NCBI GenBank assembly: GCA_002269645.1
Contig: NIVC01001588.1
Coordinates: 62,001-126,000, forward strand
Origin: Macrostomum lignano
Lineage: Eukaryota
DNA length: 64,000 bases
Direction: 5' to 3'
Positions 36,501 through 49,339 of the stretch are shown piece by piece. Under the pieces are notes generated by a model. It had not been told where the DNA came from. It made no database searches and worked only from the letters and a program-made list of their open reading frames with translations. Made by a program: the position numbers and the translations under genes. Position 1 is the stretch's first letter. Every line of letters starts with the position of its first letter.

Positions 36501-39500
36501 TGGGGCATGACTCAAATTGCTGATTGAGTGGGTCATGACTCAAATTGCTGATTGAGTGGGGCATGACCCTCAAATTGCTGATTGAGTGGGTCATGAACCT
36601 CAAATTGCTGATTGAGTGGGGCATGACCCTCAAATTGCTGATTGAGTGGGGCATGACTCAAATTGCTGATTGAGTGGGGCATGACCCTCAAATTGCTGAT
36701 TGAGTGGGTCATGAACCTCAAATTGCTGATTGAGTGGGGCATGACTCAAATTGCTGATTGAGTGGGGCATGACCCTCAAATTGCTGATTGAGTGGGACAT
36801 GACCCTCAACTTGCTGATTGAGTGGGTCATGACTCAATAACTACCGTAATTAGCTATATAATGCCTAACATTTTCCCAACAGGTCGCCACTAACACAGAA
36901 ACGTCAAAGAATGTCGGTCACTCTATCTTGTACGAAATTGTGCTCACCATTATGGGTATCGAGTCTGAGTCCGGACTGCGGGTGAGCTTATATATGCTTT
37001 TGCCAGGTACTACTCAAACAGTCCTTGTGTGTGATATGCATATTTTAATTGCAATAAAGTTTAAATAAAAGTAAATGTACTACTCAAACAGTCCGTGTGT
37101 TTGAGTAGTACATTTACTTTTATTTAAACTTTATTGCAATTAAAATATGCATATCAGTACAGTCCAACCATTCCAAACCCAATCCAGCCATTCCAAACCA
37201 TTTATTCCAAACCCAATCCAGCCATTCCAAACCCAATCCATTCATTACAAACCTAATCCATTTATTACAAACCCAATCCAGCCATTCCAAACCCAATCCA
37301 TTTATTCCAAACCCAGTCCAGCCATTCCAAACCCAATCCAACCATTCCAACCCCAATCTAGCCATTCCAAACCCAATCCAACCATTCCAACCCCAATCCA
37401 ACCATTCCAACCCCAATCTAGCAGCTTACATAGCGCACCTGTTTGCTGCACACCCAATCCAGGTTCTGGCAGTGAACATCCTGGGCCGGTTCCTGCTCAA
37501 CACTGACAAGAATATTCGGTACGTGGCACTCAGCACTCTGCAGCGAGTTGTGCAAGCCGATTACAATGCAGTGCAGCGGCATCGAACTACAATAGTGGAT
37601 TGCCTACGCGACACGGACGCCAGTATTAAGCGCCGAGCAATGGAACTGTGCTTCTCCCTAATCAATGGGCAGAATATTCGTGGCATGGCTAAAGAGATGC
37701 TTAGCTTTCTAACCGACTGCGGATCCGAGTTCAAGGCAGACTGCTGCTCCAATTTAGCCATTGCGGCCGAGCGGTACGCGCCTAACAAGCGTTGGCACGT
37801 TGATACTCTGCTGAAACTGCTGGCAGCGGCTGGGAACCACGCCAGGTAGAGACAATCGTGATGGGCTTGCTTGTTGTCAGTTCTGCAGATCGTGAAAACC
37901 CAAAGCTTTCTCCAATCTGTTATTCTGTCACTCCAATCTCCCTGTCACTCTAATCTCCCGTCACTCTAATCGCCTGTCACTCCAATCTCCTTAAATCAAA
38001 TCTCAATATCACTCCAATCTCCCGTCACTCCAATCTCCCGTCACTCCAATCTCCCGTCACTCCAATCTCCCGTCATTCCAATCTCCCGTCATTCCAATCT
38101 CCATCACTCCAATCTCCCGTCACTCCAATCTCCCGTCACTCCAATGTCCATCACTCCAATCTCCCGTCACTCCAATCTCCGTCACTCCAATCTCCCGTCA
38201 CTCCAATCTCCGTCACTCCAATCTCCCGTCACTCTAATCGCCTGTCACTCCAATCTCCGTAAATCAAATCTCAATATCACTCCAATCTCCCGTCACTCCA
38301 ATCTCCCGTCACTCCAATCTCCCGTCACTTCAATCTCCCGTCACTCCAATCTCCCGTCACTCCAATCTCCGTCACTCCAATCTCCCGTCACTCCAATCTC
38401 CCGTCACTCCAATCTCCGTCACTCCAATCTCCCGTCACTCTAATCGCCTGTCACTCCAATCTCCGTAAATCAAATCTCAATATCACTCCAATCTCCCGTC
38501 ACTCCAATCTCCCTTCACTCCAATCTCCCGTCACTCCAATCTCCCGTCACTTCAATCTCCCGTCACTCCAATCTCCCGTCACTCCAATCTCCGTCACTCC
38601 AATCTCCCGTCACTCTAATCGCCTGTCACTCCAATCTCCGTAAATCAAATCTCAATATCACGTCACTCCAATCTCCCGTCACTCCACTCTCCCGTCACTC
38701 CAATCTCCATCACTCCAATCTCCCGTCACTCTAATCGCCTGTCACTCCAATCTCCGTAAATCAAATCTCAATATCACGTCACTCCAATCTCCCGTCACTC
38801 CAATCTCCCGTCACTCCAATCTCCATCACTCCAATCTCCCGTCACTCCAATCTCCCGTCACTCAATCTCCCGTCACTCCAATCCCCGTCACTCCAATCTT
38901 CGTCACTCCAATCCCCGTCACTCCAATCTCCCGTCACTCCAATCCCCGTCACTCCAATCTTCGTCACTCCAATCTCCCGTCACTCCAATGTCCATCACTC
39001 CAATCTCCCGTCACTCCAATCTCCGTCACTCCAATCTCCCGTCACTCCAATCTCCGTCACTCCAATCTCCCGTCACTCTAATCGCCTGTCACTCCAATCT
39101 CCGTAAATCAAATCTCAATATCACTCCAATCTCCCGTCACTCCAATCTCCCGTCACTCCAATCTCCGTCACTCCAATCTCCCGTCACTCTAATCGCCTGT
39201 CACTCCAATCTCCCGTCACTCCAATCTCCGTCACTCCAATCTCCCGTCACTCTAATCGCCTGTCACTCCAATCTCCGTAAATCAAATCTCAATATCACTC
39301 CAATCTCCCGTCACTCCAATCTCCCGTCACTCCAATCTCCCGTCACTCCAATCTCCGTCACTCCAATCTCCCGTCACTCTAATCGCCTGTCACTCCAATC
39401 ACCGTAAATCAAATCTCAATATCACTCCAATCTCCCGTCACTCCAATCTCCCGTCACTCCAATCTCCCGTCACTCCAATCTCCATCACTCCAATCTCCCG

Positions 39501-40046
39501 TCACTCAATCTCCCGTCACTCCAATCCCCGTCACTCCAATCTTCGTCACTCCAATCTTCGTCACTCCAATCCCCGTCACTCCAATCTCCCGTCACTCCAA
39601 TCCCCGTCACTCCAATCTTCGTCACTCCAATCTTCGTCACTCCAATCTCTCCAATCAATATCACTAATCAATATCTCTGTAACTTCTCTTGTTCTAGGGC
39701 TCTCGACAACCACTATCTTTATCTCATTGAACTCTCCCAGTGTCTGAATTCTCCCTCTGGGTATTTCTCATGTCTTCTGTCCCTCATTCGATTCCCTCTC
39801 GATCGCCCACGCCAGAGACGACGTGGTGGTGGCGGCCGTCCAGCTGATCAGCGAGCAGTCGGCCTACCAGGCCTACGCTGTTCACCAGCTGTTTTACTAC
39901 GCTAGCCAGGACTTCAGCCAGCAGCCAATGGTGCTGCTGGCCTGCTGGTGCATCGGCGAGTACGGCGGCGGGCTGTTCAGCGACTGCTGCGCCGATGGAC
40001 TGGAGACTTATTCGGTGAGGGACTGGGTTGGCTGTTCTAGGCGGAC

Positions 40047-40097
<51 letters not shown>

Positions 40098-40132
40098 GAG
40101 AGCCAGACAGACAGACAGACAGACAGATACTA

Positions 40133-40195
<63 letters not shown>

Positions 40196-40244
40196 TACTA
40201 AGACAGACAGATACTAAGACAGACAGACAGACAGACAGATACTA

Positions 40245-40275
<31 letters not shown>

Positions 40276-40280
40276 TACTA

Positions 40281-40311
<31 letters not shown>

Positions 40312-41864
40312 TACTAAGACAGACAGACAGACAGACAGATACTAAGACACTAAGACAGACAGCCAGACAGAAAAACAGACAGGCAGTAGAGAGACAGCAG
40401 GCAGACAGGCAAACGGAAAATATGAGACAATCCCAGCAACGCAGCAGCTCAGACTCCCCACCATCCGCCGCTCACCCAACCCCCAGGCGAAGTCACCGGA
40501 GGAGGTGCTGGGCCTACTTGAACAGGCGCTGCTCAGCTCGCAGTCGCGCCAATCAACCAAGCATGTGGCTGTCACCGCCGTGATGAAGCTGTCAACCCGG
40601 CTGCCCCATCAAGAACAGCAGCTGTTAGACAGCATCCGGCACCTGGCCGCCTATCACTGCACCAGCTCGCAGTTGGAGCTGCAGCAGCGCTCCGTGGAAT
40701 TCAGCGCCATCTTCCGTCATCACGAGAACATCCGGGCGGCCCTGCTGGAGCCCATGCCAGTGATGGAAAGCCGGGCCGAAAGCGGCCGGAACCTGCCGGC
40801 TGGCTCGGGTGCAGCAGCGGTGGCCAGCGGCGATTCCGCCGAAGTCGGCGACGAGGAGGCGGCGGCCGCGGCAGCAGCAGCAGTCGCCGCCACTTTCGAA
40901 TCGTTGATCAATTTCGACGATTCCAGCACAGGCGGCGTTCCAAATGCTACTACTGGCCTGCCCAATGCCGCTACTAACAGTAGTAGCATGCTTGCTACTA
41001 ATAATAGCAACAGCGTTGCCGGCCCTCTGATTGACGTGTTTGGCGATTTAGGCGTGTCCGAGCCTGCGCCTGTGTCCGACGCCTCTGCCCTGCCTGCTCT
41101 GCCCCCGATCGCTTCGGCTGGCATTGCCGGCCTGCAGCTGAGTCTGGCCGGCAGCCGGCAGCAGAGTAACAACGTTGATCTCATCATCCGAGCTGTCAAT
41201 CTGGGCGACACCAATATGACCAACTTTCTTCTGCAGGCTGCTGTGCCGAAATCGCTGCAACTGTCAATGATGCCAGCCAGCGGCGACTGCCTGCCACCTG
41301 CCGGCGGCTCCGTCACTCAGAAAGCTGTTGTGACCAATCCGAATGGGGTTAGTGCTCTCTGTGGCTTGAAGGGCCTGGTCAGGGTTGAAGGGGTTGGGGG
41401 TAAGGGTTGAAGGGGTTGGGGTAAGTGTTGAAGGGGTTGGGGGTAAGGGTTGAAGGGGTTGGGGGTAAGTGTTGAAGGGGTTGGGGTAAGGGTTGATGGG
41501 GTTGGGGGTAAGGGTTGAAGGGGTTGGGGTAAGGGTTGAAGGGGTTGGGGGTAAGGGTTGAAGGGGTTGGGGGTAAGGGTTGAAGGGGTTGGGGGTAAGG
41601 GTTGAAGGGGTTGGGGGTAAGGGTTGAAGGGTTTTGGGACAGGGTTGAAGGGTTTTGGGACAGGGTTGAAGGGTTTAGCGACAGGGCTGAAGGGTTTAGC
41701 GTCAGGGTTGTAGTGCCCAGCATCTAGATGAGGCTGCATGGCACCCATGTGAACATTGACAGGCTCAGCTGAAGCTCCGCATTCGAGTCAGCTGCAGTTC
41801 AAACGGCGGCCAAGTGTCGGACGTGATCGACGTCAGCAACTTTCCGCCGGTTTATTGGCAGTAG
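30597..41864 (+). CDS. AP1G1: AP-1 complex subunit gamma (gamma-adaptin), 9 coding exons
   Basis: Exons 30597-30745, 33682-34109, 34739-34815, 35793-35969, 36883-36981, 37463-37845, 39816-40014, 40487-41347 and 41763-41864 join in frame. Strongly conserved gamma-adaptin sequence: [93 protein letters not shown], ear domain [13 protein letters not shown], and the C-terminus NFPPVYWQ*. There is no AUG in exon 1, and intron 1 must be GC-AG. Confidence 0.96.
30845..33630. repeat. Intronic minisatellite, 21-22-nt unit GTAAGACACCCATCTCTGCCT with higher-order block duplications
   Basis: Fills AP1G1 intron 1; roughly 130 units estimated from length divided by period. Confidence 0.97.
34160..34700. 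repeat. Intronic minisatellite, 33/37-nt unit CCAGGGTCCTGAAATCCGAGTGCCAGATGAGAT
   Basis: AP1G1 intron 2. Confidence 0.95.
35295..35600. repeat. Intronic minisatellite, 20-nt unit CCCACCAAAACCCAATCCAA
   Basis: AP1G1 intron 3. Confidence 0.93.
36060..36836. repeat. Intronic minisatellite, 28-30-nt unit TGACTCAAATTGCTGATTGAGTGGGTCA
   Basis: AP1G1 intron 4. Confidence 0.95.
37032..37156. repeat. Perfect 59-bp inverted repeat with a 7-nt loop
   Basis: 37032-37090 is the exact reverse complement of 37098-37156; the loop is GTCCGTG. It lies in AP1G1 intron 5. Confidence 0.95.
37165..37420. repeat. Intronic minisatellite, about 20-nt unit AACCCAATCCAGCCATTCCA
   Basis: AP1G1 intron 5. Confidence 0.9.
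37925..39655. repeat. Intronic minisatellite, 15-16-nt unit GTCACTCCAATCTCCC with interspersed variant blocks
   Basis: AP1G1 intron 6. Confidence 0.95.
40045..40385. repeat. (GACA)n microsatellite
   Basis: AP1G1 intron 7. Confidence 0.95.
41380..41705. repeat. G-rich intronic minisatellite, 21-22-nt unit AGGGTTGAAGGGGTTGGGGGTA
   Basis: AP1G1 intron 8. Confidence 0.93.
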
Positions 41865-42539
41865 CCGGGCCTGTGTGTGCAACTTGAATTTGCATAATTT
41901 ATGATCCCTCTGAAATCAATACATTAGTGCCGCCAGCTAAATAAATTTAATCATTTTGCGATGAACCAATTATCATTTTTGATTTTCTGTTGTCTCCCGG
42001 AAGTCCTGATTGATTTATTGAGATATAGTTATTGATAGTTTTATCCAGCTTGTCAATTGTCATTCCATACTGATGAAACGTATAAGCTTGTCATGGATGT
42101 TATCCAATGCTTTATTAGTTCTGTTTTTGCATAATATGTGTGTGATTGTCTGTCGGATTTTTAGTTTAACTTTTCATTTAATTATTTAGTTCTCATATAT
42201 TGGTGATTGATTGGTTGATACTTAATTAAATAATGGAACTTTGTTGTTTGTTGTCATTGATTTTGTTAGTTTAATCTGGTTCCTGTCATAGCTGGATATG
42301 TTAAATGCTTCGCATTTATAGTTTTAGTAAAATAATTACAAATAATGAACTTGTTTAAGATAATGTTACACAGCGGCTGTTGCTGTTGTTTTCTCTAAAG
42401 TTTCTGTCTCAGATGGTTTAGAATCTGCTCTATAGCCTACTGATGAATACAACCTTTCAAATTTGTCTGTCTTGGCCATAGACAAAATTCGGCAATCAGC
42501 CAATCAAAACTACGTAATTGAATAGTTGTTCTCTCTTAT

Positions 42540-44980
42540 CTTATCTCTTATCTCTATATCCTTATCTCCCACTCTGTCTCATCTCTATATCCGTATCTCC
42601 CACTCTGTCTCATCTCTATATCCGTATCTCCCACTCTGTCTCATCTCTATATCCGTATCTCCCACTCTGTCTCATCTCTATATCCGTATCTCCCACTCTG
42701 TCTCATCTCTATATCCGTATCTCCCACTCTGTCTCATCTCTATATCCGTATCTCCCACTCTGTCTCATCTCTATATCCGTATCTCCCACTCTGTCTCATC
42801 TCTATATCCGTATCTCCCACTCTGTCTCATCTCTATATCCGTATCTCCCACTCTGTCTCATCTCTATATCCGTATCTCCCACTCTGTCTCATCTCTATAT
42901 CCGTATCTCCCACTCTGTCTCATCTCTATATCCGTATCTCCCACTCTGTCTCATCTCTATATCCGTATCTCCCACTCTGTCTCATCTCTATATCCGTATC
43001 TCCCACTCTGTCTCATCTCTATATCCGTATCTCCCACTCTGTCTCATCTCTATATCCGTATCTCCCACTCTGTCTCATCTCTATATCCGTATCTCCCACT
43101 CTGTCTCATCTCTATATCCGTATCTCCCACTCTGTCTCATCTCTATATCCGTATCTCCCACTCTGTCTCATCTCTATATCCGTATCTCCCACTCTGTCTC
43201 ATCTCTATATCCGTATCTCCCACTCTGTCTCATCTCTATATCCGTATCTCCCACTCTGTCTCATCTCTATATCCGTATCTCCCACTCTGTCTCATCTCTA
43301 TATCCGTATCTCCCACTCTGTCTCATCTCTATATCCGTATCTCCCACTCTGTCTCTTATCTCTATATCCGTATCTCCCACTCTGTCTCATCTCTATATCC
43401 GTATCTCCCACTCTGTCTCATCTCTATATCCGTATCTCCCACTCTGTCTCATCTCTATATCCGTATCTCCCACTCTGTCTCTTATCTCTATATCCGTATC
43501 TCCCACTCTGTCTCATCTCTATATCCGTATCTCCCACTCTGTCTCATCTCTATATCCGTATCTCCCACTCTGTCTCATCTCTATATCCGTATCTCCCACT
43601 CTGTCTCATCTCTATATCCGTATCTCCCACTCTGTCTCATCTCTATATCCGTATCTCCCACTCTGTCTCATCTCTATATCCGTATCTCCCACTCTGTCTC
43701 ATCTCTATATCCGTATCTCCCACTCTGTCTCATCTCTATATCCGTATCTCCCACTCTGTCTCATCTCTATATCCGTATCTCCCACTCTGTCTCATCTCTA
43801 TATCCGTATCTCCCACTCTGTCTCATCTCTATATCCGTATCTCCCACTCTGTCTCATCTCTATATCCGTATCTCCCACTCTGTCTCATCTCTATATCCGT
43901 ATCTCCCACTCTGTCTCATCTCTATATCCGTATCTCCCACTCTGTCTCATCTCTATATCCGTATCTCCCACTCTGTCTCATCTCTATATCCGTATCTCCC
44001 ACTCTGTCTCATCTCTATATCCGTATCTCCCACTCTGTCTCATCTCTATATCCGTATCTCCCACTCTGTCTCATCTCTATATCCGTATCTCCCACTCTGT
44101 CTCATCTCTATATCCGTATCTCCCACTCTGTCTCATCTCTATATCCGTATCTCCCACTCTGTCTCATCTCTATATCCGTATCTCCCACTCTGTCTCATCT
44201 CTATATCCGTATCTCCCACTCTGTCTCTTATCTCTATATCCGTATCTCCCACTCTGTCTCATCTCTATATCCGTATCTCCCACTCTGTCTCATCTCTATA
44301 TCCGTATCTCCCACTCTGTCTCTTATCTCTATATCCGTATCTCCCACTCTGTCTCATCTCTATATCCGTATCTCCCACTCTGTCTCATCTCTATATCCGT
44401 ATCTCCCACTCTGTCTCTTATCTCTATATCCGTATCTCCCACTCTGTCTCATCTCTATATCCGTATCTCCCACTCTGTCTCATCTCTATATCCGTATCTC
44501 CCACTCTGTCTCATCTCTATATCCGTATCTCCCACTCTGTCTCATCTCTATATCCGTATCTCCCACTCTGTCTCATCTCTATATCCGTATCTATCCCTCT
44601 CTATCTCTTATCTCTATATCAGTATCTCCCTCTCTATCTCTTATCTCTATATCAGTATCTCCCTCTCTATCTCTTATCTCTATATCAGTATCTCCCTCTC
44701 TATCTCTTATCTCTATATCAGTATCTCCCTCTCTATCTCTTATCTCTATATCAGTATCTCCCTCTCTATCTCTTATCTCTATATCAGTATCTCCCTCTCT
44801 ATCTCTTATCTCTATATCAGTATCTCCCTCTTTATCTCTTATCTCTATATCAGTATCTCCCTCTCTATCTCTTATCTCTATATCAGTATCTCCCTCTCTA
44901 TCTCTTATCTCTATATCAGTATCTCCCTCTCTATCTCTTATCTCTATATCAGTATCTCCCTCTCTATCTCTTATCTCTAT
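42540..44980. repeat. Large homogeneous minisatellite: 31-nt unit (about 65 copies) switching to a 33-nt unit (about 12 copies)
   Basis: The unit is ATCTCTATATCCGTATCTCCCACTCTGTCTC up to about 44590, then CTATATCAGTATCTCCCTCTCTATCTCTTATCT. It produces the spurious 830 and 843 aa ORFs. Confidence 0.97.
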
Positions 44981-45639
44981 CCCGGTTTGCAACTTTTAAT
45001 TTCCAACTAATAAAGCATTATAGGCATCAACTTCTTGCGTATCAAATTGCCCTGTAGTCACTTTTGGTTACTATTTAAAAAAATCCTATTCGATCAAACA
45101 TGCTTTGTCGTACTTTGTTAGGCTAATTATTGATTCGTATGCAGACGGTCTTTATTTATCCATGGCACTATAGCACTATAGCTGTCCGCATCTATATATT
45201 TACAGGCGAATATGTGTTTTTTCTGGTTATTCGGTTCCAATTTCAATCATTTCCATTTTGCCTATAATTTCTTTCTTTTTCCAGTTTTTTTCAGCTTAAA
45301 CACCGTATTGTCTGTTGCTTTTTAGCTGACCATAGGAAAGTGCGTTCGCTTTATATCCATTTCACCTTGTACATTTGTTTGTCTGAATTGTCTTATACAA
45401 AAGTACATTAGGCCACTGTTAGAAAATTTTATTGTTGGTAATAAATTTAATCAGCAAAATAAATATGAATATGCACAGCTGTCCGGTATACAGGCCTGAA
45501 ACTCACTAATATTATGCTCTCTTTTGGTCTGTATTGTAACTGTTTTTGCTTTCCATTAATTTCATTGATGTCTATCGATATTTATGTTTCATGGTTAGAA
45601 TAAAAAATTTAGTTAGAGCTCAACTTTGTCTATCAATGG

Positions 45640-46225
45640 CCATCTGACTGAAGGTCTATGACCATCTGACTTATCTATGGCCATCTGACTGTATATCTAT
45701 GGCCGCCTGAATGTGTATGTCTATGGTCATCTAACCATGTATATCTAGGGTCGTCTGAGTGTATGTCTATGGCCGTTTGACTGTATATTTATGGCCATCT
45801 GAGTGTATGTCTATGGCCGTTTGACTGTATATTTATGGCCATCTGAGTGTATGTCTATGGCCGTTTGACTGTATATTTATGGCCATCTGAGTGTATGTCT
45901 ATGGCCGTTTGACTGTATATTTATGGCCATCTGAGTGTATGTCTATGGCCGTTTGACTGTATATTTATGGCCATCTGAGTGTATGTCTATGGCCGTTTGA
46001 CTGTATATTTATGGCCATCTGAGTGTATGTCTATGGCCGTTTGACTGTATATTTATGGCCATCTGAGTGTATGTCTATGGCCGTTTGACTGTATATTTAT
46101 GGCCATCTGAGTGTATGTCTATTGCCGTTTGACTATATATTTATGGCCATCTGAGTGTATGTCTATGGCCGTTTGACTGTATATTTATGGCCATCTGACT
46201 GTATGTCTATGGCCACTGTCTGCGT
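45640..46225. repeat. Minisatellite, 44-nt unit made of two related 22-mers
   Basis: GGCCATCTGAGTGTATGTCTAT alternates with GGCCGTTTGACTGTATATTTAT. Confidence 0.93.
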
Positions 46226-46398
46226 ATGTCTATGGTCATCTGCTTGTTTGTCTGTGCCTATATTTGTGCCCACCGCACAGTCCTTAATCCTAATCCCTTT
46301 ACCTATAATTGCAGTTCCAGCCGCAGTTCTATCCTATTGAACCAGAAGGCCAGTAAGAGACGCAGCTAACGGATTTCTCAGCACAGGTTGCAGTCAGT

Positions 46399-47098
46399 AT
46401 GTCATTCCAGCAGCCGCTAGCCATGCCGATGCAATTCCTCACGGCTGACGGATTGTCCGTGTTCCCATCGTCCGCCGGAGTCCAGTATGCTGCTGCCCCT
46501 GCCCACCAGCCTCTGCAGCAGATGTCGCATCAGCAGCAGCCGCAGCAGCCTCCGCCGCAGCATCAACAGCAGGCTCAGCAGCATCAGCAGGTTGTTCAAG
46601 CAGTTCACCAGCAGCAGCTTCACCAGCAGCAGCTGCAGCAGCAGCAGCAGCAGCAGCATCAGTCGCACCTGTCAGCTGCCCATCACCGAACCGGCGTTGT
46701 TAAGTCCGAGTCTACCGCCATCGTTGCCGCCACTTCGGCTGTTTCCGGGGTAACCGTTTCCATGCCAACAGCTGCTCACACGGCCAGCTTGCCGATTCAC
46801 ATGACTTCAACTAGCGCAGCGGGCCATGTGCTGGACTATTATTATAGCCAGCACCCGCAGCATCCGCATCATCAGCTGTTCCTCATCCCGGCCGCTGCTG
46901 CCGCTGCCGCCGCCGCTCAGCAGCTGGTGCCGGCTAAACTGGAGCCTGTCCGGCTGCAGGACCTACTACCGCAGCAGCAGCAACAGCATCACCAGGTCTG
47001 TCTGACAGTCTAGCTGTCTGTCTGTCTGTCTGTTTGTCTGTCCGTCTATCTTTCTTTCTGTCTTAGTGTCTTAGTGTATGTCTTTCTTTCTGTCTTAG

Positions 47099-47190
<92 letters not shown>

Positions 47191-47686
47191 CGTCTATCTT
47201 TCTTTCTGTCTTAGTGTCTTAGTGTATGTCTGTCTGTCTGTCTGCCTATCTATCTATCTGTCTGTCTTGGTGTCTGTCATCTGCCTGTCCGTGTGCGTGA
47301 AAATTCTCGTAGCACAAAACTGTGTGTATGCATGTTCAAGGCTTGAAATCCTAGAAAACTCCGAGTTCCGATCCTGTGCAGCTCAGCGGTTTGTACATCC
47401 TGTACGAGCGCGTGGCTGTGCGTGCCCAGAGGTCAGGGAAATGGCAGAACTCGTCTAGGGCACACAGCCTTCATTTGCAAGCATCTTCTGTTTAAGCTTG
47501 CTAAAAGTTACCTAATAAAAACTCTTCTCTCCACAGATGCTACAGCAGCAGCTTCAGCAGCCGCAGGCGGCCCACCAGCATCATCATCAGCAGGCTCTGT
47601 TTCATCAGCACAGTCTGCAATCTCAGCAGCTGCAACAGCAGCAGCAATTGTTAGTACAACAGCAGCAACAGCAGCTTCAACAACAA

Positions 47687-47725
<39 letters not shown>

Positions 47726-49231
47726 CAACAGCAGCATCAAGCAACCTTGACAACCCCGAAGCGTCAGCAGCCGCAACAGCCTCAAGCCGCTACCGCAGCC
47801 GGCTCTGTCGACGGCGCCAGCGGTGGCGCCACGTTCAACTGCGACTCGTGCGGCAAAGCTTTTGGGTCCAGTTATCGGCTGAAACGGCATCTTGTTATGC
47901 ACAGCGAGACCAAACCATACAGGTTGGCGTAGCTGACAATTATCAGCCCAATAGATGCTTTGCACTTTAGACGCTGGCTAACGTATTGTCGAGAATTCTG
48001 GTTATACTAGCTTGTCTTAATATAGACATGTATTTAAAGTTCCGTTGCACTTTTATAACGGACAATACAAGAGAGCAAACACACTTTTCTGAGACTGTGC
48101 ACTATTCAGGGACATTGTACTTTTCTGGAAGTATGGCATATTTTTGTTGGATAGATCGTTTAGTTTTCTATAAAAGTCTGCATATACTAAGAGCAATGGC
48201 GCGTTTAAATTAATAGACAAGACCATTGCTTTGCAACTCGGTGCTCTCCTCCTTCCTATAGTGGTTCACGCTCGGTAGCAAAAGGGAATTTCAACACTTC
48301 AAAGCCTTGGTACCTTGCGTACTCGCTTTCAGGTGCCCCACCTGCGGCAAATCGTTCAGCCGATCCTACAGCCTGAGCACTCATCTGAAGATTCACACTG
48401 GGGCGCGTGATTACAGGTGTGAAGCCGCTGCACTTGTCTAGCTGGCTAGCGGGTCTAGGGGTCACCTGCCCTCCCTTCAGTGTGTGTTCAGCCTGGCTTT
48501 CTTTTGATGGGGTCACCTGCCCTCCCTTCAGTGTGTGTTCAGCCTGGCTTTATTTTGATGGGTCACCTGCCCTCCCTTCAGTGTGTGTTCAGCCTGGCTT
48601 TCTTTTGATGGGGTCACCTGCCCTCCCTTCAGTGTGTGTTTAGCCTGGCTTTCTTTTGATGGGGTCACCTGCCCTCCCTTCAGTGTGTGTTCAGCCTGGC
48701 TTTCTTTTGATGGGGTCACCTGCCCTCCCTTCAATGTGTGTTCAGCCTGGCTTTCTTTTGATGGGGTCACCTGCCCTCCCTTCAGTGTGTGTTCAGCCTG
48801 GCTTTCTTTTGATGGGGTCACCTGCCCTCCCTTCAGTGTGTGTTCAACCTGGCTTTCTTTTGATGGGGTCACCTGCCCTCCAGTGTGTGTTTAGCTCGGC
48901 TTTTAATGGGCTATCTGCCCCTTTCAATGCTTGGCTTGTCACAGGGGGGGTCAGTTGCCCTCTCTCCCACATTATTCAGTCTCCAACTTGGCTCCTGAAC
49001 TTTCCCAGGTGCCCGAACTGCGACAAGTCGTTCAGCCGGTCCTACAGTCTCAACACGCACCTGAAAATTCACACCGGAGTGCGAGATCACCGCTGCAGCC
49101 ACTGCGAGAAGGCCTACGCCAGGTCGGACCACCTGAAGCGGCACGTGTTGCACTGCCACACCCCCGCTGGCAGCCGGCCGCCCAACGTCTCTCGCCAATC
49201 GAAAGCCGTCAAGAACTCCAACAACGCCGCT

Positions 49232-49262
<31 letters not shown>

Positions 49263-49300
49263 CCGCTGCTGCAGCGGGCACCGTCATTGTTCATCAGTAG
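46399..49300 (+). CDS. Glutamine/histidine-rich transcription factor with four C2H2 zinc fingers
   Basis: Exons 46399-46995, 47537-47922, 48333-48416 and 49009-49300 join in frame (phases 0,2,2). Fingers: CDSC..H..H (SSYRLKRH), CPTC (RSYSLSTH), CPNC (RSYSLNTH), CSHC (RSDHLKRH). Long polyQ and polyA tracts. A further exon at 50038 is possible (see findings). Confidence 0.88.
47000..47275. repeat. (TGTC)n microsatellite
   Basis: Zinc-finger gene intron 1. Confidence 0.9.
48460..48890. repeat. Intronic minisatellite, 51-nt unit GGGGTCACCTGCCCTCCCTTCAGTGTGTGTTCAGCCTGGCTTTCTTTTGAT
   Basis: Zinc-finger gene intron 3, about 8 copies. Confidence 0.95.
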
Positions 49301-49339
49301 CTGGCATTTCGTACGTACGAGTTTTATTCGCTGCGGGAT

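Noticed and set aside
42518-45057. 830 and 843 aa ORFs
   Set aside because: These are translations of a 31-nt tandem repeat cycling through three frames, with no domain or splice context.
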